Shown one piece after another: positions 12,331 to 24,861 of a stretch of 64,000 nt of DNA; positions within the stretch are counted from its first letter, which is position 1, and each line of letters starts with the position of its first letter. The stretch covers positions 204,850,001 to 204,914,000 of the forward strand of contig NC_086100.1 in NCBI RefSeq assembly GCF_963921235.1. Direction: 5' to 3'. Position numbers and translations under genes: made by a program. The notes beneath the pieces were generated by a model. It saw only the letters and a program-made list of their open reading frames with translations. It searched no databases and had not been told where the DNA came from. The DNA comes from Mobula hypostoma (taxonomy: Eukaryota).

Positions 12331-13893
12331 GTGAACTAGAATCCGAAGGGGATTCTACAGAAATGCAAAGAGCAATAGAACTGCTGCTCTGGTAGACCAG
12401 AATAGTAATCAATGCATGAAGCTAATGGTTATGCGGGCCGTTATTATCGGTTTTATTTGGGAGAAGGAGGCAGAATCTTCACAGAATATATAGAAGTGAG
12501 GCGAAGCAGCTTATGGAGCATATACTTATTACAGAGGCGGACATGTTGCTGCGCTGAGTCAAGTTCGGTTGACAAACTCCCAGGTCCTGCCAAGGTGTTC
12601 CTTCGGAACTTGTGGATGACAAGTGCAGAAACTGTTCGGGCTATAGCAGATATAGTTAAATCATCCTTGTAGACGGGTAAGACAACGGAAAATTGGAGAA
12701 TAGCGAATGAGACGATAAGATACACGGTCAGATTTGGTGAATTTGGCCCATCGACTCGGCATCGCCAATTCATTCTGGTTGATCTAATTACTCTCTCTGA
12801 CTCAATCTACAAGATCATAAGATAAACGATCAGAATTAGATCAGAATTAGCTTGACATCAGACATGGGAAGGATATTGGACGGTATTCTATGGGGTCAGC
12901 TCTATGAGTATTTGGATGGACAGGGGCTGATTAGGGATAGTCAGCACAGTTTTGTGCCCTGTAGGTCGTGCCTAATGAATATAGTAGCGTTTTAACGGGA
13001 ATTTATTAGGAATGTTGATGAAGGCAAGGAAGTGGATGTTTTGTGCATGGACTTTAGCAAAATAGTTGACAAGGTCCCGCATGGGATGCTGGTCAATAAA
13101 GTAGAGTGCCTTGGCATTCAATGAGATGTAGTAAATTGTATTAAGTATTGCCTTTGCGGGAGAAGCCAGAGAGTGATTGCCTCACTGACTGGAGGCTTGT
13201 GACTAGTGGAGTGCCAAAGGGATCTGTGCCGGGTCCGCTGTTGTTTGACATCTATATCATTGATCCAGATCTTAATGGATAGCTAACACGATTTGCACAT
13301 TTGCGGATGACTCCAATATTAGGGGTGCAGTGGAAAACGACGAAAACTATTGGATTTCAGCGGCATCCGGACCAGCTGTAGAACTGGTAGATGGATTTTA
13401 ATGCAGACAAGTGCGAGGTTCTGCACTTCAGTAGGACCACCCAGGGTAAGATTTACACAGTGAACGGTACACTGGGGTGTGCGGTGGAACAAAAGGAACT
13501 GGTAGTACAGGTCCATAATTAATTTAAGTGGCGGCAGAGCTACAGGGGTCCAAATGAAAGCCGTTGGCACGCTGGCTTTCATAAATCAAAATACTGATTA
13601 CAGAAGACAGGATGTAATGTTGAAGTTGTATAAGACGCCATTGAGGCCAAACTGGGAATATTTTGTGCCAGTTTGGTCATCTACTACCAAGAAAGGTATA
13701 AATAAGTTTGAAGAAGTCTAGGGGAAATCTTCATGAATCTTGTCGGATCTGGAGGACCTGGGTTATAAGGAAAGATTGGATAGGTTCGCCCTTTAACTCT
13801 TGCAGCGTAGAAGATAAAGGGGTTTTGACAAAGGCATAATAAATAACGAGGGGTTCATATAGGGTAAATGCAAGCAGGATTTTTTCCACTGAA

Positions 13894-14107
13894 CAACACA
13901 CACACAATGCTGAAGGAACTCAGCAAGCCAGGCAGCACGTATAGACAAGTGGAAACTGTAGACGTTTCGGGCCGAGTCCCTTCATCAGGACTGAGCCTGA
14001 AATGTTTACACTTTTCGATAGATGCGGCCTGGCCTGTTGAGCTCCAGTGGCACTGTGCGCGTGTTGCTTTGACTTCCAGCATCTGCAGATTTTCTGTAGT
14101 TTCTTTC
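13894..14107. mobile_element. Penelope-derived insertion of two inverted 3'-end copies, with 9-bp TSD
   Basis: TCCACTGAA at 13885-13893 and 14108-14116. The left half is a minus-strand pLTR tip and the right half a plus-strand tip. Confidence 0.75.
13955..13993 (-). ncRNA. Minimal type-I hammerhead ribozyme motif (Penelope pLTR), partly degenerate
   Basis: Reverse complement: cagtc-CTGATGA-agggactcggccc-GAAA-CGTC-taca. Core intact; the 3' arm of stem I is mismatched. Confidence 0.55.
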
Positions 14108-14744
14108 TCCACTGAAGTTGGGCGAGACTACAGTCAGTGGTCATGGGCGAAGGATGAAAGTTGAAAAGCTGAAGAGGAAAGTGAGGGAAAAAATTTTCCT
14201 TCACTGGATGGTGAGAATGTGGAACGAGCTGCTACCGCAGTTGGTGCATGCGAGCTTGTTTTCAACGTTTCAGAGAAGGTTGGATAGGTACATGGATGGC
14301 AGGGGCATGGACGGCTGTGGTCCGCGGGCAAGTAGATGCGAATAGGCTGTTTTTTCACAGAATAGATGGGCCGAAGAGACTGTTTCTGTTGTATACTTTT
14401 CTATGACTCTGCGAATCTATGTCTCGTTATTGGATATCAAACTCACATCCAACTTCCATTAGTTCCCACTCTCTCCGCCCTCTGAGCGAAGAAGTTTCCC
14501 CTTATGTTCACCTCAAATATTTCACCTTTCACGTCACACTTAACTCATGACCTCTAGTTTCATTCACACCCAACCTAAGTGGAAAAAGCTTGCTTGCATT
14601 AACCCTATCTATACCCCTCTGAATTTTATGTACCTCTGCACTGTTCCCGGATTCCCTACGCCGCACCGGGGGTTTCCTACGCCCAGTACAGGTCTCCATA
14701 TCCCACGTTGCGAACTCTTTCCTTGAAGCGAACTGTATCGCAAT

Positions 14745-15260
14745 CTTTTGCTCTCTCTCTCCCGCGTTCTCTCCCTCTCTCCCTCTCCCTTTCTATTTCA
14801 TCTACTTTCTCGCTTTCTCTCACCTATTTTTGTCCCTAATTCGGGTGTTTCTCACTCTCTATCTCTATCTCAGACTTTCTTTCTGTCTCTCTGCCATTCC
14901 TCTCTGACTCTGTCCCTCTCACTCTTTCCCCTTCTCTTTTCCACCGTCTCCATATATCCGACTCTCTCCGCCTATCTCTCTTCCTCTCTGCCTCTACCTG
15001 TAACCACCCTCTCCCACTTCCACTCACCCTCTTCCCCTTCAACGCTTTCTTTCTCACTCTCACCATCTTAATCCTTCTTCCATCTAGCCTCTCCCTCTTC
15101 CACTCACCAATCTCACTGCCGAATTTTCTGTTTCCTATCTTCCTTCCGAAATCTCTCTCCTCTCTCTCTCTCTCTCTTTCTCTCTCATCCCTTTATCTGT
15201 CCTTCCCCACCTTCTCCATTCACCGCAGTTTCTGTCTTCTCCACTCACTCTCTCTGCCGT
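14745..15260 (+). repeat. Pyrimidine (CT)-rich low-complexity tract
   Basis: Seen directly. Confidence 0.85.
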
Positions 15261-15814
15261 ACACCATAGCCTGTCAGTTTCCGTATGTTATCTGCACTAC
15301 CCTGAATATTTTAAAATTGGAAATCATTCCTTTCCTGGCTCCAATTTTTCCTACCACACAAGTCCCTGGCTGGATATAATTTTCACTGAATACGTCATTC
15401 TCTCCCTAACAGGCAAGGTGACTGCAGTTTCTCCGTCTCGCCCTCCCCGACGGCCATTCCAATAACAGTGAGGACGCCCATCTCAAGTTCGTGCGTCACT
15501 CCTTCAATAGCCTCCATTTCCAAACAACCTATCACTCCCGACATGGGTACAATTTGTGGCCCTTTAGAATGGGCGACTTTTAAGGATGATAAATTTCTCA
15601 AATCTTTCTGGCGCAGTGTGAATCAACAACCCGCTGGTTAACCGAGGGCGAAGGTGTTTCTTGTGGCAGGAATTACCCGGATGGTAATATAATAATCAGT
15701 TAATGCTGGTATCAATAAACGAATAGTCATATACCTCCCTGAAACGTACATGGGCGAACTGGTTTGTTTTTTTTTCCAGAAGAAGGGATGAAATTACGTG
15801 TCCCGGAACATAAA

Positions 15815-18800
15815 GTCATATAAAACGACAGCACAGAGTCAATACCAAAACCAATTAAACTGACTACCCCCACCGACCTACACCGGGATCCTAACCCTCC
15901 ATATCCCTACTACTCACGTATCGATAGAAACTCCGACTGAACGTTGAAATCAAGCTCGCTTGCACTCATTCCATGCTGCCGAGACTTTCTGAGTGAAGAC
16001 CAATTATCTAGAGGTAAGCCCAGGTAATTTCTAAAGTAAGTGCATGTTAGGCACATCATTGTGGGCCGAAAGGCCTGTATTGTGCTGTAGGTTATCTATA
16101 TTTCTAAGTTTCCACTCACGTTCCCCATAAACTTCTCACAATTCACCCTGATTGTAGCCCTACCCAACCTAAATAGAAAAAGCCTGCTTGCATTTACCCC
16201 ATCTATACCCCTTGTTATTGTGTATACCTCTATCAAATCCCCTCTCAATCTTCCACTAAGGAATCCAGTCTTACCGTGCTTAATCTTTCCTTATAACTGA
16301 GGTCCCCCAGACTCTGAAACACCCTTGTATTTTTTTCTGTGCTCTTTAAACCTTTTTTTACACCTTTCCTGTAGGCAGGTGACCAAAACTGCACACAGTT
16401 CTCCAGATTAGACTTCACTACCGTATTATACAACTTCAACATAACATCCTATCTCCTGTACTCAATAGATTGATTTATGAATGGCAACGTGCCAAAAACT
16501 TTCTTTACGACCTTATCTACCTGTGGCCAACTTTCAATGGATTATGCACCTGTGTCCCCAGATCTCTTTCTTTAATCACAGTCCTCAGTGCCCCAATGTT
16601 CACTGTGTTAGACCTAGCCTGGATGGTCCGACAGAAGTGCAAAACCTTGCACCTTTCTGCATTAATTTCTATCGGTCATTTTTCAGCCCAACTTTACAGT
16701 TAATGCAGATCCTTCTGCAAGCCATGATAGCCGTCCTGACTGTCCACGACACCCGCAAACTTTGTGCTATCCGTAAATTTGCTCATCAGTAAACCACGTT
16801 ATCCTCCAGATCATTGATATAGATACCAAACAACAAACGGAAAAGCACCCATCCTTGTGGCACACCACTGGTCACAGGGTTCCGGGGAGAGAGTCAACCC
16901 TCCACTACCACTCCTTTAAAGCCGAATCCTGAAGTAATCCTAAATGCCAAGCGACTGAAGCTTCTTGACCAGCCTCCCATGCGGGACCTTGCAGGCAACA
17001 TCCAATACGTTGCAGTCATCCACTTTCCTGGTAACTTCCTCGAAAAAGTCTATAAGAAGGCATACTGACTATCCTTTTTTTCCTCCTGCTCAACCCCATT
17101 TCACGGCCGTCACACCGTAACTTTTGATGCCATGTCCAATTAAGAACCTATCAATCTCTGGCTTAAATACACCTAACGAATTGGCCTCCACAGCTGCATG
17201 TAGCAGCCACATATTCACCACGTTTGGCTAAAGAAATGTCTCCGCATCTCTGTTTTGAAAGGGTGCCCCTCTATCCTGAGACTGTATCCTCTTGCCTTAG
17301 ACTCTCTCACGTCTTTCCACATCTACTCCGTCTAGGCCTTTCGACATTCTAAGGGATTCAATGAGATCCGCCCCACACCCCTTCTTTCCTTCTGAATTAC
17401 AGCGAGCACTGACCCAGGGTCATCAATCGTTCCTGCTGTGATAACCCTTTCATTCCTGGAATCGTCCTTGTGAACCTCCTCTGCACCCTCTCGAATACCA
17501 GCACATTATTTCTAAGCTGAGGGACCGAAACTGTTCACAATACTCGAGTTGTTGCCTTACCCGGGACTAGTTAAGCCTCAGCATCACATCCTTGCTCTTG
17601 TATTCTAAATCTCTTGAAATGAATGCTAACATGACATTTGCCTTTCGCACCACCGACCCAACCTGAAAGTTAAACTTTTGGGTGTTCTGCATAAGGACTC
17701 CCAAGTCGATCTGCATTTCAAATTCCTGGATTTTCTCCCCGTTATAAAAATAGTACGCACATTTATTTCTACTACCAAAGTGCATGACCATGCATTTTCG
17801 AACATTTGCCGCTTTCTTGCCCATTCTTCTAATCTGTCTAAGTCCTTCTGCATCCTACCTGTTTCCTGAACTCTACCTACCTCTCCACCAATCTTCATAT
17901 CATCTGCAAACTTGGCGAGAAACCTGTGTATTCCACCATCTAAATTTTTAATATACAGCAGGAAAAGAAATGCTCCCTACTTTGATATTATTTGCCAGCT
18001 TTCTTTCACATTTCATTCTTTCCCCAATGATTTTTTTAGTTGCTATCTGTAGGCTTTTACAATCTTCCCAATCCTGTATCTTCCCACTATTTTTTGCTTT
18101 GTTGTATGCCCTTTCTTTTGCTTTTACAATAGCTTTGACTTCCCTTATCAGCCACGGTTGTACTATTTTGCCATGTGTGTATTTCTTCATTTTTGGAATA
18201 CACATGTCCTGCACCTTCCTCATATTTTTCCAGAAACGCACGCCATTGCTGTTCTGCTGACATCCCTGCCAGCAGCTCCTTCCAATTTACTTTGGCCAAC
18301 TCCTCTTTCATACCACTGTAATTTCCCTTACTCCACTGAAATACAGCTACATCAGACTTCATCAGATTATCATTCTGGTCTTCTAGAGGTCCAATTTTCT
18401 ACAGTGCAATCTTTTCACTCGGAGCATGCTTGTGGAATCCTCAATAATTATCCTTCACCTGGTCTATTAGAGGAACTTAATGCCTTATTTAGCCTCCTTG
18501 ATTTCTTTCTTGAGCATTCTCTTGCTCGTATTATACTCCATAAGTGCCTCATTTGATCCTACTTGCCACTATCTGCTATGCACCTCCTTTCTTCTTTTAT
18601 CCGGCGCCTCAATATCTTTTGGATATCAAGGTTCCTACACTTGCTGTTCTTATCTTTCATTCTGCCAAGCTTGTAGTCTCAAAATTTCGTTTTTGAAGGC
18701 CTCACATCTTCCAAGTGCACTTTTGCCAGAAAGCAGCCTGTCTCTATCCACACTTGCCAGATCGATTGTGATACCATCAAAATTGCACCTTCTCCAATTT

Positions 18801-19325
18801 AGAATCTCAACCCAAGGGTCAGTCCTAACTTTTTGCATATTTACGTGAACATTATAGCATCGTGGTCAGTGGATGCAAAGTGTCGCCATGCACAAACTTC
18901 TGTCCCCTGCCCTGCCCCATTGCTGAATTACAGATTCAGTATTTCACGCTCTCTCATTGGGATTTCTGCCGACCGATGAAGAAAACGTTTGACAAACTCT
19001 ACCCCACCTAGTTCATTTAAAATAGTGGATTCCCAGTCATTATGCGGAAAATTAAAATCACCTACTATAGCAACTACAAGGTTCTTGCAACAGTCTGCGA
19101 CCTTACAAATGTGTTCATCTAAATCTCTAGGACTGTTGGGCTGTCTTTCCAGTAACGTGGCCATACTTTTCTTATTTCTCAGCTCCACACAGAATGCCTC
19201 ACTTGTCGAGTTCTACAATTTCTCTTGACGCAACACTGCCGTAACATTTTCTCTGAACGGTAACGCCACTCCTTTTTCATTAATCCTCCCCGCTCTGTCA
19301 CGCCTTAAACAATTTGACCCCGAAA
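15815..19325 (-). mobile_element. Several nested, decayed CR1 fragments
   Basis: ORFs 16245-16442 (NLENCVQFWSP), 17567-17898, 17948-18362, 18650-18838 and 18928-19188 (IVGDFNFPH). Confidence 0.8.
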
Positions 19326-20434
19326 TAGCTGTGACGGGTGTGGAGCGTTTGAGCTGAAACTTGTCCTGCGCCGGACAATTCCGTTCTCACGCAGTCCCTC
19401 GATCCGGCTGTATCAAATTGACAGCCTGGGACTGGCTGAATAAAACGGAGAATCTCCGCCCCGCTGGTTGCGTCAGAGGAATAAGGAGGAAAAGAGAGTT
19501 CTACACGGAAATCCAGACAGAAATTACTTGCGACCGCGAGGGAAGGTTAACACAGCCCCTGTATTTCTGTCTGTGTTGGCTACATTTTCCCCAGTGTCCT
19601 CTCCTTCCGCTGCCGGGCCTGTACCAGGCTGGTGAGGAAGTATGGACCAGAACTGCGGCCATCCACATTAACCCCGGCTCATCCAGACATGTCTATCTGT
19701 AACGAACGATTGACACTCTATAACCAAATAGCGTCGGGAGCAGAAACACAGACTGAATTCTCGGTGCACGGTCGGCACATTTGTCTTCTCGGACAGCACT
19801 GAATACCGTCCCGTTTTTACATCAGAGGTAAAAGTTATCTCCGATTCTGCAAATCAGTGGGCGTTTACAGCGGGGCTCGGTTTCTTGTCGGTATTTGGAG
19901 GGAATACAAGGGGACAATGGTGCTCTCACACAGCCAAGTTACCAAATTAATTATTGACCAAATGCGTTACAAGAACCAACGTTGTTCCCTTCAGTTATAC
20001 ACATTTTCTGCGGCGGTTTCTACTGAGTCAGCGCGGATGAACCTTACGCACCGATAGTGATATTTAAAATGTCCCACGGGGCAGGGGAGGGTCCCTTCTC
20101 CAATCTCTCTCTCTCTCTCTCTCTCTCTTTCAGAGTCACACACACACGCACACAAAGTAAAAACTAACTACTGAGGATAATAGAGCGACCGTGTTGGGAA
20201 CGTCGCAGTGGCGAATGCGGAAGATCAATTTATTGAATTAAAATCGCAAAAAAAGATATTAAGACTACAAATGATGGGAGTGGGGGTAAAATTAAATACT
20301 GGAATCTCACAAAGTCTGGTAGCAATTGTAACAAGTAGTCATTCGGATTGCAGACACTGAGGAACTCTCTTTTCTATATCAACGGGTGCTTACTGTTTTA
20401 TTTTTCTGTAACAGAAATAATTAAATACAATATT

Positions 20435-20895
20435 AAGACCATAAGGCCATAAAACGAAGGAGCAGAAGTAGAACATTCGGCCCATCGAGTCTGCTCCAGC
20501 ATTTTATCATGAGCTGATACATTCTCCCATTTAGTCCCACTCCCCCGCCTTCTCACCATAACCTTTGATACCCTTGCCTACTCAGATACCTATCAATCTC
20601 TGCCTTAAATACACCCAATGACTTGGCCTCCACTGCTGCCCGTGGCAACAAATTCCATAGACTCACCACCCTCTGACTAAAAACATTTCTTCGCATTTCT
20701 GTTCTGAATGGGCGCCCTTGAATCCTTAAGTCATGCCCTCTCGTACTAGACTCCCCCACCATGGGAAACAACTTTGCCACATCCACTCTGTCCATGCCTT
20801 TCAACATTCGAAATGTTTCTATGAGGTCTCCCCTCATTCTTCTAAATTCCAAGGAATACAGTCCAAGAGCGGACAAACGTTCATCATATGTTAAC
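20435..20895 (-). mobile_element. CR1 3' end (same family as 49485-52790)
   Basis: The C-terminal part of ORF 20553-21035 (TYDERLSALGLYSLEFRRMRGDLIE) and the ccataag tail are near-identical to 49490-49950. Confidence 0.9.
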
Positions 20896-21964
20896 CATAT
20901 ATTAAGCCTACTTTGTGCACAGCTGCAGTGGAGTGTCCAACTGGATTGTTTGCTTTCAGCAGAGAATCCGCCCTGTGGACAGGCAGCAGCATGCACACAG
21001 AAAATCGCGCTGTCAGTCTCACAGAACAGCAACACCGGCCTCTCTACCGCAGCCAGTAAATATCTGTCGCTGGACTGGTTGGAATGAAGTTAGTAGAAAA
21101 CGACTTGAAATATATCGACACGGAGACAGAACATTCTTGGTGAATTGAAGTGAGACTTCTGATATTTATTTCGAATCTTTATTTTTAATCAGCACGTTAT
21201 CTGTGTTTTGGATCAGTGATAAAGAAGTCATCATTTCTATTGTAACCCTCCTCTGGCGGTGGTGGTGTCAGTGATCCTGCAGTTTTCCGTCTGCATGTGT
21301 GAGATTTTCCACAATTTATGTCAAGGTTAAAAACCGATACCGAGCCATGGGTTACGATTTCAAAGCCGGCGTGCGAAATGCTGATTAGCCAACACGGGTT
21401 CCGTTTCCAAATTTGTCATTTTAGATGAATGCATGTTCCTTCCTCTTTGTGACTGTGTTTATTGTGGGTGCTTCAAGCTGATCTCTGCAACGTCATGTAG
21501 AAGCAAAGATTTGGATTTTGCTTCAGGCCTCGATACATAGCAAATAGTTGGGGTGGGGGCGTGGAAACAGTTACTGAGAGCGGCAGGTGGTATTGCAGAA
21601 AGAAAACCATGATTTCACTGTGTGTGGCAGACAGCTCGATGGGCTGAGTGGTTAATTTCTGCGTGGTATGTTCACAAGAAAAGCTCTGGCTACTGTTATC
21701 GTAAATCAATTTAATGCGAACGGACCATAACGCATGTAATTTACCTGTCGCCGAACCTGAGCCAGACATTGCCGCAATCATATGATCCAGGCGGCGGACA
21801 TATATGATAAGCAACAATGGACCCAGAGCCGGTCCCTGGGGCAGCCCGCTACCCACTGGTTTCCGGTCAGAGGGTCAAACCATCTTTTAGCATTTGCTGG
21901 CTTCTCCCGCAAGGCCGATGGCGAAGCCAATTTATCAGCACATCCAGCATTTCCAAGCCTCTAA

Positions 21965-23165
21965 ACCTCAGACCATAAGACAAACGAGCAGAATCGGGCC
22001 ATTCAGCCCATCGAGTCCACTCTGCTATTCCATCACGGCTGATCGCGGATTCCACTCAACTCCATACACCTGCCTTCTCGCCATATCCTTTAATGCCCAG
22101 ACCGATCAGGAAATAATCAACTTCCACCTAATTATAAGCACGGACATGGCCTCCTCTGCAGTCCGTGGCAGAGTACTCCACAGATTTACTACTCTCTGGC
22201 TATAAAGAAAATCCTCCTTACCTCTGTTGTAAATGGTCGCCCCTCAGTTTTGAAGCTGTGCTCTCCAGCTCAGGATACCGCCACCATCGGAAACATTCCC
22301 TCCACATCGATCCTATCTAGTCATTTCAATATTTAGTAGGTTTCAATCAGATCCCCACGCATTCTTATAAATTTCAATGAGTACAGGCCCAAAGCTGCCA
22401 AAAGCTCCTCATATGTTAACCGCTTCGCTGCCGGAATCATGGTCGTGAACTTCCTTCGGACTCTCCAATGACAACACATCCATTCTGAGATATGGTGTCC
22501 AAAACGTTTGGCAATACTCCAAGTGCGACCTAACTAGTGTTTTATAAAGGCTCAGCATAATCTCCTTGCTTTTATATTCGATTCCTCTTCAAATAAATGC
22601 CAGCATTGCATTTGCCTTATCCCAAAAATGCAACCTGTAAATTAACCTTCTGGAAGTCTTGCACGAGGACTCCTAAGTCCCTCTGCATGTCTGATATTTG
22701 AAACTTCTCCCCATTTCGATAATAATACGTACTATTATTCTTTTTCCAAAATATATTATCATACATTTCCCAACACTGTGTTCCATCTGCCACATTTTTG
22801 CCCATCCTTTCAATTTGCCTAAATCCTGCTGCCATCCCATTGCTTCCTCAGCACCACCTACCCCCTCCAGCTATATTCCTATCGTCCACAAATATTACCA
22901 CAAAGCCATCAATTCCATTATCTAAATCATTGACAAACAATGTGAAAAGCAGCGGTCCCCTGGGAACACCACTAATCAGCGGCAGCCAGGCAGGAAGGCC
23001 CCGTTTATTCCCTCCCATTGTTTCCTGCCTGCCAGACATTCCACTCTCCATGCCAGTATCTTTTCTGTAACGCCATCGGATTTTATCTTGTTAAACTGCC
23101 TCATGTGTGGCACCTCATCAAACGCCTTCTGAAAATCCAAGTAAATGATATCCGTTGTCTTAGCC
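21965..23165 (-). mobile_element. Decayed CR1 3' ~1.2 kb
   Basis: ORFs 22976-23179 (YLDFQKAFD), 22848-23051 and 22617-22835. Confidence 0.85.
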
Positions 23166-23464
23166 CTTCTGGTATCCATAAGAAAACCTTAATATTGTTT
23201 TCTTTACTACTCCGAAAGCATCATATCTGAGGCCGGCCTAATATCTTTACGGAGATGTGACTGTAAAATCACCGGGTCCAGATGCTCGTTATTACAGATT
23301 ACACCGTGCTGTGAAAGAACAGCAGCTAAAAGGGGGGAAATCGGCGTAGATGTTAACTAAGGAATCCGAATGTTCTTTAATCGAGATATAGAGGTAGTAG
23401 TAATGCAGAATAGGTGTGATTTTAAATACTTAATAGCAGGGAAAAGGAGGCTACGGAGAGAGTG

Positions 23465-23640
23465 AACACCAGAGATTCTGCAGATGCGGAAAAAAAGAGA
23501 TTTGCACGAAAAATACTGGAGGAAGTTCGCAGAACTGGCAACATCTATGGGTAGGGTCCCTCAACCCGAAACGGCGTCTGTCTATTTATCTCCATAGATA
23601 CTGCACGACCTATGATTTCCTCCAGCATTTTGTGGTTGTT
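23465..23640. mobile_element. Degenerate inverted pair of Penelope 3' tips
   Basis: aaaatactggaggaa...catctatgg is followed by its approximate reverse complement ccatagat...ttcctccagcatttt. Confidence 0.6.
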
Positions 23641-24037
23641 ATGGGTACTGCGTCATAGACCCCAAAATAAGGTCTGTCGATTGGGTGAAGGTAGGTAGCT
23701 TTTGAAGTTTTGCAGCTACATATTGACAGACGAGCCAATTGACAAGGCAATTTGTCACAATGCTTTTTTAGAGTGTATGTGGGAAATAGCTATTTTGGGT
23801 TTGCTCCTTATGTGCAGTAAATATGAATTAATAAGAAACATTGTGAGTGGCTCCATGCCGTTGGACGCGGGATCAGGCTCTGCCGAATGAACTAAGTCAC
23901 TGGGCCTCCGGCTATCTGTAGCACGGTCACGGCATTAGGTAGCACTGTAAAGACAGTACATTTGTAAATAGGATTTGCGGTGATGCTGTGGTCCGACTTT
24001 TGCGAATATCGAGACATGGGCTTTAATACTAGACTAG

Positions 24038-24860
24038 TGTCACGAACCCCGTGACGGGAATAAAGAACCAACAGAGATGGAAAACACTTTGAAGTACAGT
24101 ATTGCTATAAACTAATAATACTTGTTAGTTACTATGCAATACAGTAATATTAATGTAGATAAATCAAAGAGGTTAGCAATGATTACATAAAAGTAGGTGT
24201 GAAATATATATGTATGAAAAACCAAGCTTTTTTAAGTCTAGAGGTAAAAAGATACAGTCTTACGATGATGAGTAATTTTCAGTTCAGTTCGTGGTATTGA
24301 GTTTAGTAGTGACGGAGAGAGATTTGAGTTTTCAGGTCAGCTGTCGCCGTAGATCTTCTCGTTGTTCTTCGAAATCCTTTACAAGTCACCGACTGTGACT
24401 TTAACAAAGGGGACCGGTTTTCTGTGGCGGAGCTATCCCCCAGGCGAGGGTGGACACATAGACAACTCCCCACCAGTCAACACTTTTTTCCTTATTTCTA
24501 CTGTAAGAGCGATGGATCGATCTGCCTGATCGATCCTCCCAAAACCCACTTTTCCTGCGGGCATAACAATGCTCATTCACAGTCCAGAACATGTGTCTGA
24601 GGTCTGTATCATCTGACCTCCTATTTATCTCATCGTACTGAGCATCAACTGTCATTCAAATAATCCCTCCTTCCTTTGTCTGTGAAGAAATGCAAGCAGG
24701 CAAACTGTCGTTGAAGAAGTGATATCAACAACCTGCCTTCGGTCACCATAGCAACTTACGAGCTGCTCGGTGTTGTCTCCAACTCCAAACGCAGCAGAAA
24801 TCCAAAGTTACTTCCAGTGCCTTAAAGTGACAGTGCAACCTGTAATCTTCGTCTCTCTCA
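24038..24860 (-). mobile_element. Truncated solo LTR (same family as 45686-47713)
   Basis: Starts TGTCACGAACCCCGTGACGGGAATAAAGAACC; collinear with 45686-45756 plus 46730-47550; truncated at the (CT)n. Confidence 0.85.
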
Positions 24861-24861
24861 A

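Larger units (their letters stand above)
9335..14420 (+). mobile_element. Old, heavily decayed CR1 (host of insertions at 10420-12330 and 13894-14107)
   Basis: Endonuclease remnants (YYCRPHNS..VGDFNFPHIDW, SSDH), RT remnants at 12900-13400 and a 3' end near 14400. Paralogous copy at 34085-36340. Confidence 0.75.

Noticed and set aside
20960..21590. Possible non-coding exons (~20960-21055 and ~21478-21586)
   Set aside because: Splice signals are weak and there is no homology or transcript support.
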